IMG/VR virus record: IMGVR_UViG_3300011116_001125
Span: 1 to 64,000 of that record
DNA from: a virus
Direction: 5' to 3' (one strand)
Length of the DNA stretch: 64,000 nucleotides
Numbering within the stretch: position 1 is the stretch's first letter; every line of letters starts with the position of its first letter. Below are positions 38,842 through 47,235 of the stretch, piece after piece. A model generated the notes under the pieces. That model was not told where the DNA came from. It ran no database searches and saw only the letters and a list, made by a program, of their open reading frames with translations. The translations under genes and the position numbers were made by a program.

Positions 38842-39213
38842 ATGAACACTCGTGAAAACTTACTCAAACAAGCTAATACCGCTATCACCAACGTTGACCG
38901 TGCAGGTGGCACAGAATTATTTGTGAAAACTGCCGTTATTGCATCCGCAATGTGCGACGAAACCATTACACCCTATACGGTTTCAATTGTGCTGAGCAGT
39001 ATGCAAATGGCGCTGATTTCGTGCAAACAGTTCGGGCAAGCAACTGAAGCTGATTGGGCCAATTTGGTCAAGGACATTAGCTATGCGGCTTCGTTTGCAA
39101 CTAATGCACCACAAAACGTTCGTGTTTCCACCGCAGGAATGCCAAAGGTAGACTTTAACTTGGAAGACGTTGCCGTTAAAATGGCAGACCAACTTGGAGT
39201 GAATAAGGCATGA
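38842..39213 (+). CDS. Hypothetical protein (possibly degenerate DUF6378-like)
   Basis: AGGAGG SD; weak motif similarity only. Confidence 0.5.
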   Translation: MNTRENLLKQANTAITNVDRAGGTELFVKTAVIASAMCDETITPYTVSIVLSSMQMALISCKQFGQATEADWANLVKDISYAASFATNAPQNVRVSTAGMPKVDFNLEDVAVKMADQLGVNKA

Positions 39214-39873
39214 CCAAGGTTAAAAAAGTGAAATACGAATTTGTAGATGTAGGTAGCCCTGCTTATCAGCGTGTGATGAAGCATGTCAGCAAAGCCCTGC
39301 GCGAAAACAAGCGCGTGGTGATGAAAATGGGAACACGGGAAACAATTTCTAAAGCCCGTAATCCATTGGGCCATTACATCAACGTGAGTATTGAGCTTTG
39401 ACACCTTTAGAGGCATATGCCGCGTTAGCAGTTGTCATGGCACTATTGGCGACTATGTTTGTTCTAATGTTTGTTAGAGCATACAAAACGTTTGAGAAGT
39501 AAAATGAACAGGCACGCAGATCCTTTAACCTTGGACCATGTGATAGAGTTACGTAAGCGGATAGCCGAGTTGGAACGTCAAGTAGCTAACTTGGGTGATG
39601 CAAACGTAACGTTATGGAAAGAGAATAAAGAACTGCGTGCCGAAATTATCATGCAAACAGGAGAGCAAAATGACTGGGCAGACCTCCAAAATAGAAGATA
39701 CACAGGATAAACGTTCGATTTATGCGCTATTTCCTGATGAGTGTCAGCAATGTGGCAATTTCGGGCTGACCTTTACCACGAGTTCCGATTACGCAAGTGC
39801 TGTCTGTGGCGACTGTATGGTTGATTTTATTGTCAGTGCCAAAGAACAGTTGAAAAAGCAGGTGGAAAAGTAG
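39210..39873 (+). CDS. Cluster of small hypothetical genes (39210-39401, ~39503-39710, ~39670-39873)
   Basis: Short coupled ORFs, one coiled-coil and one CxxC...CxxC. Confidence 0.45.
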
Positions 39874-39876
39874 GGC

Positions 39877-39904
39877 TTGTCTAGGGTGTATCGTGCCCTA
39901 AACT
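39877..39904 (+). promoter_or_regulatory. Early-type promoter
   Basis: TTGTCT-N16-TAAACT, then an AGAAAGGGG SD. Confidence 0.6.
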
Positions 39905-39935
39905 ATAATTGTAACGCTCAAAGAAAGGGGCAACC

Positions 39936-40121
39936 ATGATCAAGTTGACAAAGCCACAACGCCGAGCGCTCAAGCGTGTGTACGATAAACAGGCGATATA
40001 TACCAACTACAGACAGTTTCGCAAAAGCGTGATGGGTACCATCGGCATGGATAATGCCGTCGTAGTTAATTGGGCAGGAATGTTTTTAGCTATTGAACGT
40101 GATGGGTATACGCACACATGA
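39936..40121 (+). CDS. Hypothetical protein
   Basis: Own promoter and SD; 61 aa. Confidence 0.65.
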   Translation: MIKLTKPQRRALKRVYDKQAIYTNYRQFRKSVMGTIGMDNAVVVNWAGMFLAIERDGYTHT

Positions 40122-40195
40122 TGTTGTTTGCAGTCGCGGTATTTATCGTTTTAGTTTACTTCCTTAGTGACTAACCAAAGGCAGGAGAAAGTGCC

Positions 40196-40456
40196 ATGAG
40201 TAATATGTTGTTAGAGTCCGCCAAAGATGCAGGGCGTAGTATGGAGTTCATTGCGGGGTATATCACTGCCCTTGAACAACGCATCCGTGCCCTTGAAAAC
40301 ATTATGATGCCCCTTAACGTGGATACCACCATAGTGGACAGGTTGTTGCAAATTGAACAACGTGTGGATGAGGTAGACAGAACTATTGACCAAACGGTGG
40401 ATAGTTCCATTTACCATTACTTCACCAACAACAAATTCAAGTTGGAGGCTTACTAA
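40196..40456 (+). CDS. Hypothetical coiled-coil protein
   Basis: AGGAGAAAG SD. Confidence 0.6.
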   Translation: MSNMLLESAKDAGRSMEFIAGYITALEQRIRALENIMMPLNVDTTIVDRLLQIEQRVDEVDRTIDQTVDSSIYHYFTNNKFKLEAY

Positions 40457-40458
40457 CC

Positions 40459-40746
40459 ATGAACAAAGTACTTACAGAAGTATCGGTTGTTGATGAGCCT
40501 TTGAGCAATTTTTTCCAGCCGTTTGAAAGCATCAGAATTTTTGGAGTGGGCACTAAGGTAGTGGTACGCCGCCGCAATCCAAAGGTGCCGTACGAGAATC
40601 TATTGGGTGTTGTAGAACGTGTGAGCACCCGCAAGCTATACGTGCGTATGCTCATAACCGGAAAACTGCGTATGTTTGACAGTGAGGACTTGGAAATACT
40701 GCCCAATAAAAAACCTCCGGCAAGGAGCCAAATGCCGGAGGCTTAG
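40459..40746 (+). CDS. Hypothetical protein (SH3/KOW-like beta-rich)
   Basis: GGAGG SD; hairpin CCTCCGGCA/TGCCGGAGG at its 3' end. Confidence 0.55.
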   Translation: MNKVLTEVSVVDEPLSNFFQPFESIRIFGVGTKVVVRRRNPKVPYENLLGVVERVSTRKLYVRMLITGKLRMFDSEDLEILPNKKPPARSQMPEA

Positions 40747-40823
40747 TAGGAAGGGGAGGACCACTCATGTAGGACGTAATATGTCAACCCCTTGAGCTTA
40801 ACACTTTTGAGTAAGAAGGCAAC

Positions 40824-41671
40824 ATGAAAAAGAAACGCGACCTAACCGACCGTGAGCTAAAAACTAAAGAAGAAAAAGCGCGTGAAATTGCACGTCAGCA
40901 TCGCATAAGTAGTGACATGATGGTCACCAAGGGGCAACGGCCCAAGGTCAGTTTACCAAGGTTCAGCTGGGACAAGGAGAAAGAGTGATGACTGAACTCG
41001 TTGCGTTTTTGGAAAACCATTACATCAGCCTATGGATCTTGGCGTTTCTTTGCTCGATACACGTTGGAGTAAAATGATGACTGATATCGTTGATTGGTTA
41101 CGATATGTTGCTAGCGAACATAATATGTATCGTTGTGATGAAGCCGCCGACGAGATTGAGCGGCTGCGAAATGTTGTGGCATTACTGATTGAGTATGAAG
41201 AGCACGATAAAAACATCCTCAAAGGCGCGGTAATGTGGGAGGCGCTTATTGAGGCAGCACATCGCGCTTTAATGGAGAAAGAGTGATGAGTTTTCCACAA
41301 TTCAATTACACGCTTGGGGAGCCAATGCCGCGACCGCCATCGATGAACAACTCGACAAAAAATAAACCGCAACGCAAAACGCAGTCAGGTGTTCCAGCGA
41401 TACCGCTAAAGGAGAAAGAGTGATGGACATAGTTGAGCGGTTGCGCCTTGATCGTCCGTGTATATCGGATGTTGATTGTTGCGGAGATATTTGCATCGAA
41501 GCCGCCGACGAGATTGAACGGTTGCGGGAGGCGATGGTTGAAATCGTTTATCTTATTGGTGACCGTGACCGCCGTCAAGAAGTTATGGATATTGCCAAGC
41601 CCTACGCGATTCAACAACTCGCATTAAAAGGCAATAAACCCCACGTTTATCTTTTAGATGAAGAAGCCTGA
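40824..41671 (+). CDS. Array of tiny coupled ORFs (40824-40988, 40988-41077, 41074-41286, 41286-41423, 41423-41671)
   Basis: TGATG-coupled; three junctions share GGAGAAAGAGTGATG; two ORFs share EAADEIERLR. Confidence 0.6.
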
Positions 41672-41681
41672 CAAAGGCCAG

Positions 41682-41709
41682 TTGTCAATAACCTATCTGG
41701 CATTACTGT
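41682..41709 (+). promoter_or_regulatory. Early-type promoter
   Basis: TTGTCA-N16-TACTGT; leader TATGGC...TTGTAGAAAGGAGTTA. Confidence 0.7.
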
Positions 41710-41743
41710 ATGTGTATGGCAACTTGTAGAAAGGAGTTACGCC

Positions 41744-41989
41744 ATGACCGAACAAGAATTTGCTATTCATTACCGCGTGCTCAAGGCCCACATGGCCGAT
41801 ATGACTGATTGGTTTCAGGAAGAAATACGCGATGTTTTGTATTGCCTGAAGCAGGATGTGCATAAGTATCACCAAGGCGGCAAAGAGCCTGATTGGCAAG
41901 ACTACGCCGATAGCATCAACGAAATTTTGCGTGAGGATGGTATGCCTGCGTTGTTCGCAAGCGTTAACGAAGAGGTGTACGATGACTGA
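41744..41989 (+). CDS. Hypothetical acidic protein
   Basis: Strong SD and promoter. Confidence 0.65.
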   Translation: MTEQEFAIHYRVLKAHMADMTDWFQEEIRDVLYCLKQDVHKYHQGGKEPDWQDYADSINEILREDGMPALFASVNEEVYDD

Positions 41990-42218
41990 GTACACATTGA
42001 TGATACGTAGCCAACCCCTTATCTACGTTCCAGGATTTTTTGCATGGGTGGAAAACGCCATCCGCACAGATATGCAGGAGGCAAAAATAAATGACTTTCT
42101 CGACGCTCTTGGAATACCTACCCATCTATGGGAAAAGGTTAAAGCAGGCAAATATGAAAAAAGCACCGAAGGTGAAGATTTGGTCTTGGTATTCAAAAAC
42201 CACTCTAGCGAGGATTAA
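41982..42218 (+). CDS. Hypothetical protein
   Basis: ATG 41982 after GAGG. Confidence 0.55.
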   Translation: MTEYTLMIRSQPLIYVPGFFAWVENAIRTDMQEAKINDFLDALGIPTHLWEKVKAGKYEKSTEGEDLVLVFKNHSSED

Positions 42219-42223
42219 GTAAC

Positions 42224-42553
42224 ATGGACTTTGGTGAGCAGTTCGATGAACACTTTGCAAAATTGCAAATTAAGGAAATTCCGTATGGTGGTTTGACGCT
42301 ACGCCCACCGATGCACTGCACGGATGGCAGTACGTTCAGCATACAGGCTTCTGCTGTGCATTACTGCTCACCAAAGAACAACACTGGCCCCTATACTCAC
42401 TACGAAGTTGGATTTCCACAAGACGCCAAAGGTGATGCTTTACAGGAGCCGTTGTTAGCTGAGTATGGTGACTACCCCGTATACGGATATGTGCCAAAAG
42501 AGGTTATTATTCAAATACTTGAAAATCACGGAGGACTGACCAATGCCCATTGA
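42224..42553 (+). CDS. Conserved hypothetical phage protein
   Basis: CTDGSTFSIQASAVHYCSP...YEVGFP. Confidence 0.65.
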   Translation: MDFGEQFDEHFAKLQIKEIPYGGLTLRPPMHCTDGSTFSIQASAVHYCSPKNNTGPYTHYEVGFPQDAKGDALQEPLLAEYGDYPVYGYVPKEVIIQILENHGGLTNAH

Positions 42554-42755
42554 AATACACCACCTACGAGCCAGTTTGCTGACCACAAATGGCTGTGAAA
42601 TGCACGCTCGTTTTATGCCCAATGACCTTGAACTTTGCCTACGCGGCGACTTCAATTTTACGTGGTCTTACGGCGTAGAGGATATCGAAGAAACGATTGA
42701 GTTTTTGTTGCACATGAAAAGTTTATTGCAAACGCGCAAGCAGAAGGAGGCTTAA
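42543..42755 (+). CDS. Hypothetical protein
   Basis: GGAGG SD. Confidence 0.55.
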   Translation: MPIEIHHLRASLLTTNGCEMHARFMPNDLELCLRGDFNFTWSYGVEDIEETIEFLLHMKSLLQTRKQKEA

Positions 42756-43049
42756 ATGGGAGCGCAGGAGTTTGTAGTATCGCGTAAAAAAGCAGGTCAA
42801 ACCGCCAGTGAGGCGTTTAGTGACGCCCGTGCCGGAGCTTTGTACGATTACGGGCACCGAGGCTATACAGGCACGATAGCTGAAAAAGCAGCTTTTAAGA
42901 TGTTACCAGTGGTAGAAGGCAAAACCGCTGAAGAGAGTGCTTGGCACTACTTGGATGAGGACCACCCCGCCATACGCGATAAATGGGGTCCGGCGGGATG
43001 TATTGAGGCCGAGGATAAGTACGTGTTCTTTGGGTGGGCCTCGGCGTAG
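42756..43049 (+). CDS. Conserved hypothetical phage protein
   Basis: YDYGHRGYTGTIAEK, DKWGPAGCI; AGGAGG SD. Confidence 0.65.
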   Translation: MGAQEFVVSRKKAGQTASEAFSDARAGALYDYGHRGYTGTIAEKAAFKMLPVVEGKTAEESAWHYLDEDHPAIRDKWGPAGCIEAEDKYVFFGWASA

Positions 43050-43077
43050 TTGTCTTAACCTGCTCATGTTTTACTGT
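43050..43077 (+). promoter_or_regulatory. Early-type promoter
   Basis: TTGTCT-N16-TACTGT; TATGGC...AGAAAGGAG leader. Confidence 0.7.
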
Positions 43078-43112
43078 TAAACTATGGCTACTAGCAGAAA
43101 GGAGTGCGCCAT

Positions 43113-43568
43113 ATGACTATTTATCCACAGACCCAACAAGAAGTCTTTGATACTGTTGCTACCCATCTTTTCAAGCAGGGGATGCAAAGCCGTGGTAACG
43201 ATGGTTGTGCGTATCGCGCCATTGCAAACATCAACAACCAAGAAGTTGTGCTCAAATGCGCGGTCGGTGCGCTTATACCCGACCATCTGTATACCGAAAG
43301 CATGGAAGGTGAGAGCGTCCATGGCTTGCTCAGTAGTTTTGATAAAAGCACAGATGTGCCTACCGAGGCTGAGCAAGAGCTCTACGAGTTTCTAGCCGAC
43401 CATGAAGATCTGCTTACTGCTTTGCAAGAAGCTCACGACCACAAAATGGAGCATAGTTTAGGCGTCAATGACCATAGTTTCCTTGCAACCATGTTAGCCA
43501 TCGCGCACCGCTTCGGCCTTAATGAAATCGCCTTACGTGCGGCGCATCAGGCTTATATCAAAGGGTAG
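43113..43568 (+). CDS. Hypothetical protein, paralog A
   Basis: QEVFDTVATHL...GCAYR...KCAVGALIPD...LQEAHD. Confidence 0.7.
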   Translation: MTIYPQTQQEVFDTVATHLFKQGMQSRGNDGCAYRAIANINNQEVVLKCAVGALIPDHLYTESMEGESVHGLLSSFDKSTDVPTEAEQELYEFLADHEDLLTALQEAHDHKMEHSLGVNDHSFLATMLAIAHRFGLNEIALRAAHQAYIKG

Positions 43569-43570
43569 GG

Positions 43571-43598
43571 TTGTCACTATTAAGTCCTACCTTACACT
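43571..43598 (+). promoter_or_regulatory. Early-type promoter
   Basis: TTGTCA-N16-TACACT; TATGGCACTTGTAGAAAGGAGTTA leader. Confidence 0.7.
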
Positions 43599-43630
43599 GT
43601 AGTTATGGCACTTGTAGAAAGGAGTTAGCC

Positions 43631-44068
43631 ATGAACACACAGCAAGTATTCAACCGAGTTGTCACACATCTTTATACGCAAAAGCGTCGTAGCTATGGCG
43701 ATCTGCCTGAAAGCGAAAATGTTGGTTATAACGGGTGTCTGTACCGTGGGCCAGATAACACGAAATGTGCTGTCGGCATTTTTATTCCTGACCAAAACTA
43801 CACTACCGAAATGGAGGGTAAGGGTGCCACCGAGCTCTTTGAAACGTTTGGCGATAGATTGCCCAAGTACCTCGCTAACAGTGTTCCTTTGTTAGAAAGT
43901 TTGCAACAAGTTCATGACAACATGGCCGACCTTGAAGATGCGTATCACGGAACTGTGAATTATGGTGCGCGTAACCAACTTATGAGTAGTCTTTTGCATG
44001 TATGCAGAATGTACGATCTTGACGATGAAGTTGTATGGAAACACCATCACCAAAAACAGGAGGCATGA
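43631..44068 (+). CDS. Hypothetical protein, paralog B
   Basis: QQVFNRVVTHL...GCLYR...KCAVGIFIPD...LQQVHD. Confidence 0.7.
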   Translation: MNTQQVFNRVVTHLYTQKRRSYGDLPESENVGYNGCLYRGPDNTKCAVGIFIPDQNYTTEMEGKGATELFETFGDRLPKYLANSVPLLESLQQVHDNMADLEDAYHGTVNYGARNQLMSSLLHVCRMYDLDDEVVWKHHHQKQEA

Positions 44069-44476
44069 ATGGGTTTAGATATGTACGCATGGTCAGTGTT
44101 GAACGTTGAAATCCCCGCCGATATGCAGGTAGACCCCACCGAAGAACAGATGGAGTTATGGCATGAGGATGGCGGTATGCAAGAAATCTGGTATTGGCGC
44201 AAACACCACGACCTCCACGGTTGGATGGAAAAGTTGTACAGAGAAAAAGGCGGCAAAGACCCTAATTTCAACTGCAACTATGTACGCCTCACCGAAGAAG
44301 ACCTAAAACGGCTAGAGGAGGATTTGTTAAAGGATAAGTTGCCACCGACCAAGGGGTTCTTTTTTGGCAACAATCCGCCCAACGCCGAAAGTATCGAAGA
44401 CGACAAGCGGTTCCTGCAACGGGCACGCGAAGAACTAAGCCACGGGCACGCCGTGTTCTACAGCAGTTGGTGGTAG
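44069..44476 (+). CDS. Conserved hypothetical phage protein (MGLDMY...WRKH family)
   Basis: AGGAGG SD; GFFFG, YSSWW end. Confidence 0.7.
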   Translation: MGLDMYAWSVLNVEIPADMQVDPTEEQMELWHEDGGMQEIWYWRKHHDLHGWMEKLYREKGGKDPNFNCNYVRLTEEDLKRLEEDLLKDKLPPTKGFFFGNNPPNAESIEDDKRFLQRAREELSHGHAVFYSSWW

Positions 44477-44582
44477 GATTAAATCAGAGGCGCTCAGAGG
44501 CTTTTGTTTGTGGTGGCGGGTAGGGTACCCAAGGCCCATGGACAATGGCCTCTGAGGGGCTTTATTTTAACAGGAGGTACGC

Positions 44583-45185
44583 GTGAGTAATGGTAACGTC
44601 TTTATTGACATTTACAAAAACAATCGTTGGGAAGACGGCGGCTCGGGTATCGGGTCGGCGGTGACGTATAGCCGTAAGTACATTGATTACGTCAAACCCC
44701 TGATAAAAGGGAAAAAGGTACTCGACCTCGGGTGCGGCGATTTTAGAATTGGTGCAGAGTTGCATGCAGAGGCCGCTGAATACGTAGCCGTAGACGTAGT
44801 GAGTGGGTTGTTCACTGTTCCTGACGAAGTAAAATTCATTGTGGCAGATTTTTCTGCGCAGGGGGTTATCGGGCAAGTGTTCATGGCCCATGGACCTTTT
44901 GATGTTGTTTTGTTGAAAGACGTGCTGATGCACTGGTCCGACGAAGAGATCAAACCCTTCGCACAGGAGCTCGCCACTCTGCCTTGGAAAACGCTACTTG
45001 TGGCGAACAAGTACAAATACGTCCGCAAGCCGGAGTACAACGGTCGCCCACGCAACCCCAGAGCAAACAAGTATAGCATGAGTCCATTACCCTGCGACCA
45101 CGAAAGCCTTGCCGCACTCCAGCTGAAACCCGTGCTCTACTACCCATCCGTATCGTGCGTACAACTCGCGCGGCAGGATAAATAG
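44583..45185 (+). CDS. Class I SAM-dependent methyltransferase (small-molecule/glycan type)
   Basis: GSGIGS, VLDLGCGDF motif I, YVAVDV, FDVVLLKDVLMHW. Confidence 0.8.
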   Translation: MSNGNVFIDIYKNNRWEDGGSGIGSAVTYSRKYIDYVKPLIKGKKVLDLGCGDFRIGAELHAEAAEYVAVDVVSGLFTVPDEVKFIVADFSAQGVIGQVFMAHGPFDVVLLKDVLMHWSDEEIKPFAQELATLPWKTLLVANKYKYVRKPEYNGRPRNPRANKYSMSPLPCDHESLAALQLKPVLYYPSVSCVQLARQDK

Positions 45186-45189
45186 GGGG

Positions 45190-45217
45190 TTGTCCATTAA
45201 CCATCTGGCAATACAGT
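45190..45217 (+). promoter_or_regulatory. Early-type promoter
   Basis: TTGTCC-N16-TACAGT; AGAAAGGG SD. Confidence 0.65.
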
Positions 45218-45354
45218 GTGTGTATTGGCAAGCCACAGAAAGGGCAGAGCAATGGACTTACTAGCTGACATTTGGGTTATCTACATCACGTATGCGCCAT
45301 GGGTATTCATCATCGGGGCCGCCATGCTGATTACTTGGGTAACGGAGTGGTGAA

Positions 45355-45537
45355 ATGGTTACCTATCATCGCGAAGCCGACGGTGTGTATACGGTCACCA
45401 AACACGGGGCCGTCTACGCTTGGGTGAACTACAGCCGACCACGGAAGCAATGGCGGCTTGTGACGGTTAAGGGGCGGCTGACCTTTTACCTTTCGCTAAC
45501 AGGGGCAATTCAGGCCGTTGAAAGGGCCGATGTATAG
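45355..45537 (+). CDS. Hypothetical protein
   Basis: 60 aa, GGAG SD; preceded by a short hydrophobic ORF from 45252. Confidence 0.5.
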   Translation: MVTYHREADGVYTVTKHGAVYAWVNYSRPRKQWRLVTVKGRLTFYLSLTGAIQAVERADV

Positions 45538-45539
45538 TT

Positions 45540-45840
45540 TTCCTTATAGGGTCTTAATGATATTAGAGTAAGTTATTGAAAAACAATAAGATAAAATTAT
45601 AGGGATGGCAAAGGACGTTTTTTGGTTTGTGTTTTATCGTCCATTTTCCAGTATCTGAGTATCTTTGTTTAGTTTCAATGGGTTAGTCCAGTATCTATAT
45701 CATATCTCATTTATCAGGTTTCATTGTCTGTTATTTAGTCAGTTTTAGTTCACTTTTTCGCCCCCCGCGCGCGCGTACCCCTCTTCTTCAAAATTTTTTT
45801 CATAACCCCTACCCCCCCCCTATTAAGAAAAGTCCGAAGC
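45540..45840. other. AT-rich non-coding region, candidate replication origin
   Basis: No ORF, T-skewed, repeated TATCT, inverted TAAnnnATTGAAA pair, contains the right arm of the 26-bp IR. Confidence 0.45.
45751..45776. repeat. Right arm of the 26-bp long-range inverted repeat
   Basis: CACTTTTTCGCCCCCCGCGCGCGCGT. Confidence 0.85.
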
Positions 45841-45898
45841 AGGGTTGTCTTTGGTCGGCGGGAGCGCCATTGTAGGCGCACATCGTCGGAGAAAGCGG

Positions 45899-46534
45899 AT
45901 GCCAAAAGGCCAATACGATCGTAAATTAGCGAAGGCTCGTCACGGTAAACCTCTTGCGGCTATGCCCTACGACCACATCGATGTTCAACGGATTAAGCCC
46001 GTAGTTAACCCTCTACATGAAAAGGGCTTGACACAAAGGCAGGAAAAGTTCTGCAAGCTCTACGCTACCGAAAACTACACGGTGAGCGAATGCGTGGTGA
46101 TGGCAGGGTATAGCACCGACCAGAACGCCGTATGGTCTATGGGAAGCAAACTGCTCAACGGGCGGGACTACCCGAATGTGGTGGCCCGTATCCGTGAGCT
46201 CAAGCAGGAGATGGCGGGTAAGTACGAGGTAAACTTTGATAACCACGTAAGGAGGCTAGCGGAGATCCGAGACGCCGCTGTGGCTACGGGCAACTATGCC
46301 GCCGCTGTAACTGCTGAAAAGGCTCGAGGACAAGCTGCGGGGCTCTACGTAACGAGGCAGGAAATTCTCGTTGGCAAAATAGATCAGATGTCCAAGGAAG
46401 AGCTTATTGAAGAGATAGCCAAGCTGAACAAAGAATATCCCGCATTGATAGAGCTCAGCGCTAACCCCGTATTGGAACTCACTGCAAATGACGCCAGAAG
46501 CAAGGTTGTGGAACCTAGTAAAAGAAAAGACTGA
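45899..46534 (+). CDS. terS: Terminase small subunit
   Basis: LTQRQEKFCKLY...AGYS...SKLL...PNVVARIRELK HTH pattern; ATG 45899 after GGAGAAAG. Confidence 0.75.
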   Translation: MPKGQYDRKLAKARHGKPLAAMPYDHIDVQRIKPVVNPLHEKGLTQRQEKFCKLYATENYTVSECVVMAGYSTDQNAVWSMGSKLLNGRDYPNVVARIRELKQEMAGKYEVNFDNHVRRLAEIRDAAVATGNYAAAVTAEKARGQAAGLYVTRQEILVGKIDQMSKEELIEEIAKLNKEYPALIELSANPVLELTANDARSKVVEPSKRKD

Positions 46535-46904
46535 ACGGCTTGTTGAATGGACAAGGATTGAGGCGCGTGTTGGGGCAGGAATACCCGACTTAAACGGGGT
46601 TCTTTGCATAGATGCAAGCAAAGAGGTCTGGTTGGAGCTTAAGGTTTGCAAGACAAAACGCTTCTCAGTTAAAAACCTCTGGCGTCCTGCCCAAATTGCT
46701 TGGCAGACAAAGCGTAGCCGCAGACTAAGTAATGTTTTCAACTTGGTCAGCCATCCGTCCGGAGGGGTTTTTTATATTTATTCAGCCGCCAAACTGCAGA
46801 AATTAGTGGAGGAAGGTCCGTTGTCCGTGGTCCCAGACCTGACGATGCACGGTAAAATTGACGTGGCGATGATGCTTGATTATATACAATCCGTGGCCGA
46901 TTGA
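46488..46904 (+). CDS. PD-(D/E)XK nuclease (Holliday-junction resolvase/VRR-NUC-like)
   Basis: E...RIE...GIPDL...WLELK...PAQIAW. Confidence 0.7.
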   Translation: MTPEARLWNLVKEKTERLVEWTRIEARVGAGIPDLNGVLCIDASKEVWLELKVCKTKRFSVKNLWRPAQIAWQTKRSRRLSNVFNLVSHPSGGVFYIYSAAKLQKLVEEGPLSVVPDLTMHGKIDVAMMLDYIQSVAD

Positions 46905-46909
46905 CCAAG

Positions 46910-46974
46910 AACATTCGAATAATCCGCTATCGCCTGATGAGAAACATTCGAAAAAACCGCTATCCACTGATGAG
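46910..46974 (+). repeat. Two-copy 32-bp tandem repeat
   Basis: AACATTCGAATAATCCGCTATCGCCTGATGAG and AACATTCGAAAAAACCGCTATCCACTGATGAG. Confidence 0.8.
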
Positions 46975-47151
46975 TGGCTCTTCGCGCACGGTCATCGTCG
47001 CATCTTCCTCTGCTCATGTATCATGGTCCTCGTCTGATCGGATCGTCGTCTCGTCTTACTTTTCGTCAGGTGATCTTACTCATCGGCAGGTCGTCTGACC
47101 AGGTCTCTTGAGCTATGCACCAGACGCAGGTCAGCTATGCGTTTTTGTGGA

Positions 47152-47179
47152 TGGTCTTTTGGCTGTCTGGTCCTAGAAT
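47152..47179 (+). promoter_or_regulatory. Promoter of the stand-alone gene
   Basis: TGGTCT-N16-TAGAAT; AGAAAGGG SD upstream of 47236. Confidence 0.5.
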
Positions 47180-47235
47180 GGTTTCCATGGTTGAGCAATG
47201 GTGCTTCGCCATAGACCACAGAAAGGGTCAACGTC

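Noticed and set aside
40976-41425. Possible CRISPR array from the repeated 15-mer
   Set aside because: Repeats are short, irregularly spaced and are SD/stop-start junctions of coding genes; no cas genes.
46920-46975. Hammerhead-ribozyme-like CTGATGAG...CGAAA
   Set aside because: Stem II is only 3 bp, and I could not form stems I and III with a UH cleavage site; the tandem repeat explains the motif.
46901-47098. 65-aa Ser/Arg-rich ORF
   Set aside because: TTG start, and its composition simply reflects the TC-rich tract and tandem repeat; probably non-coding.
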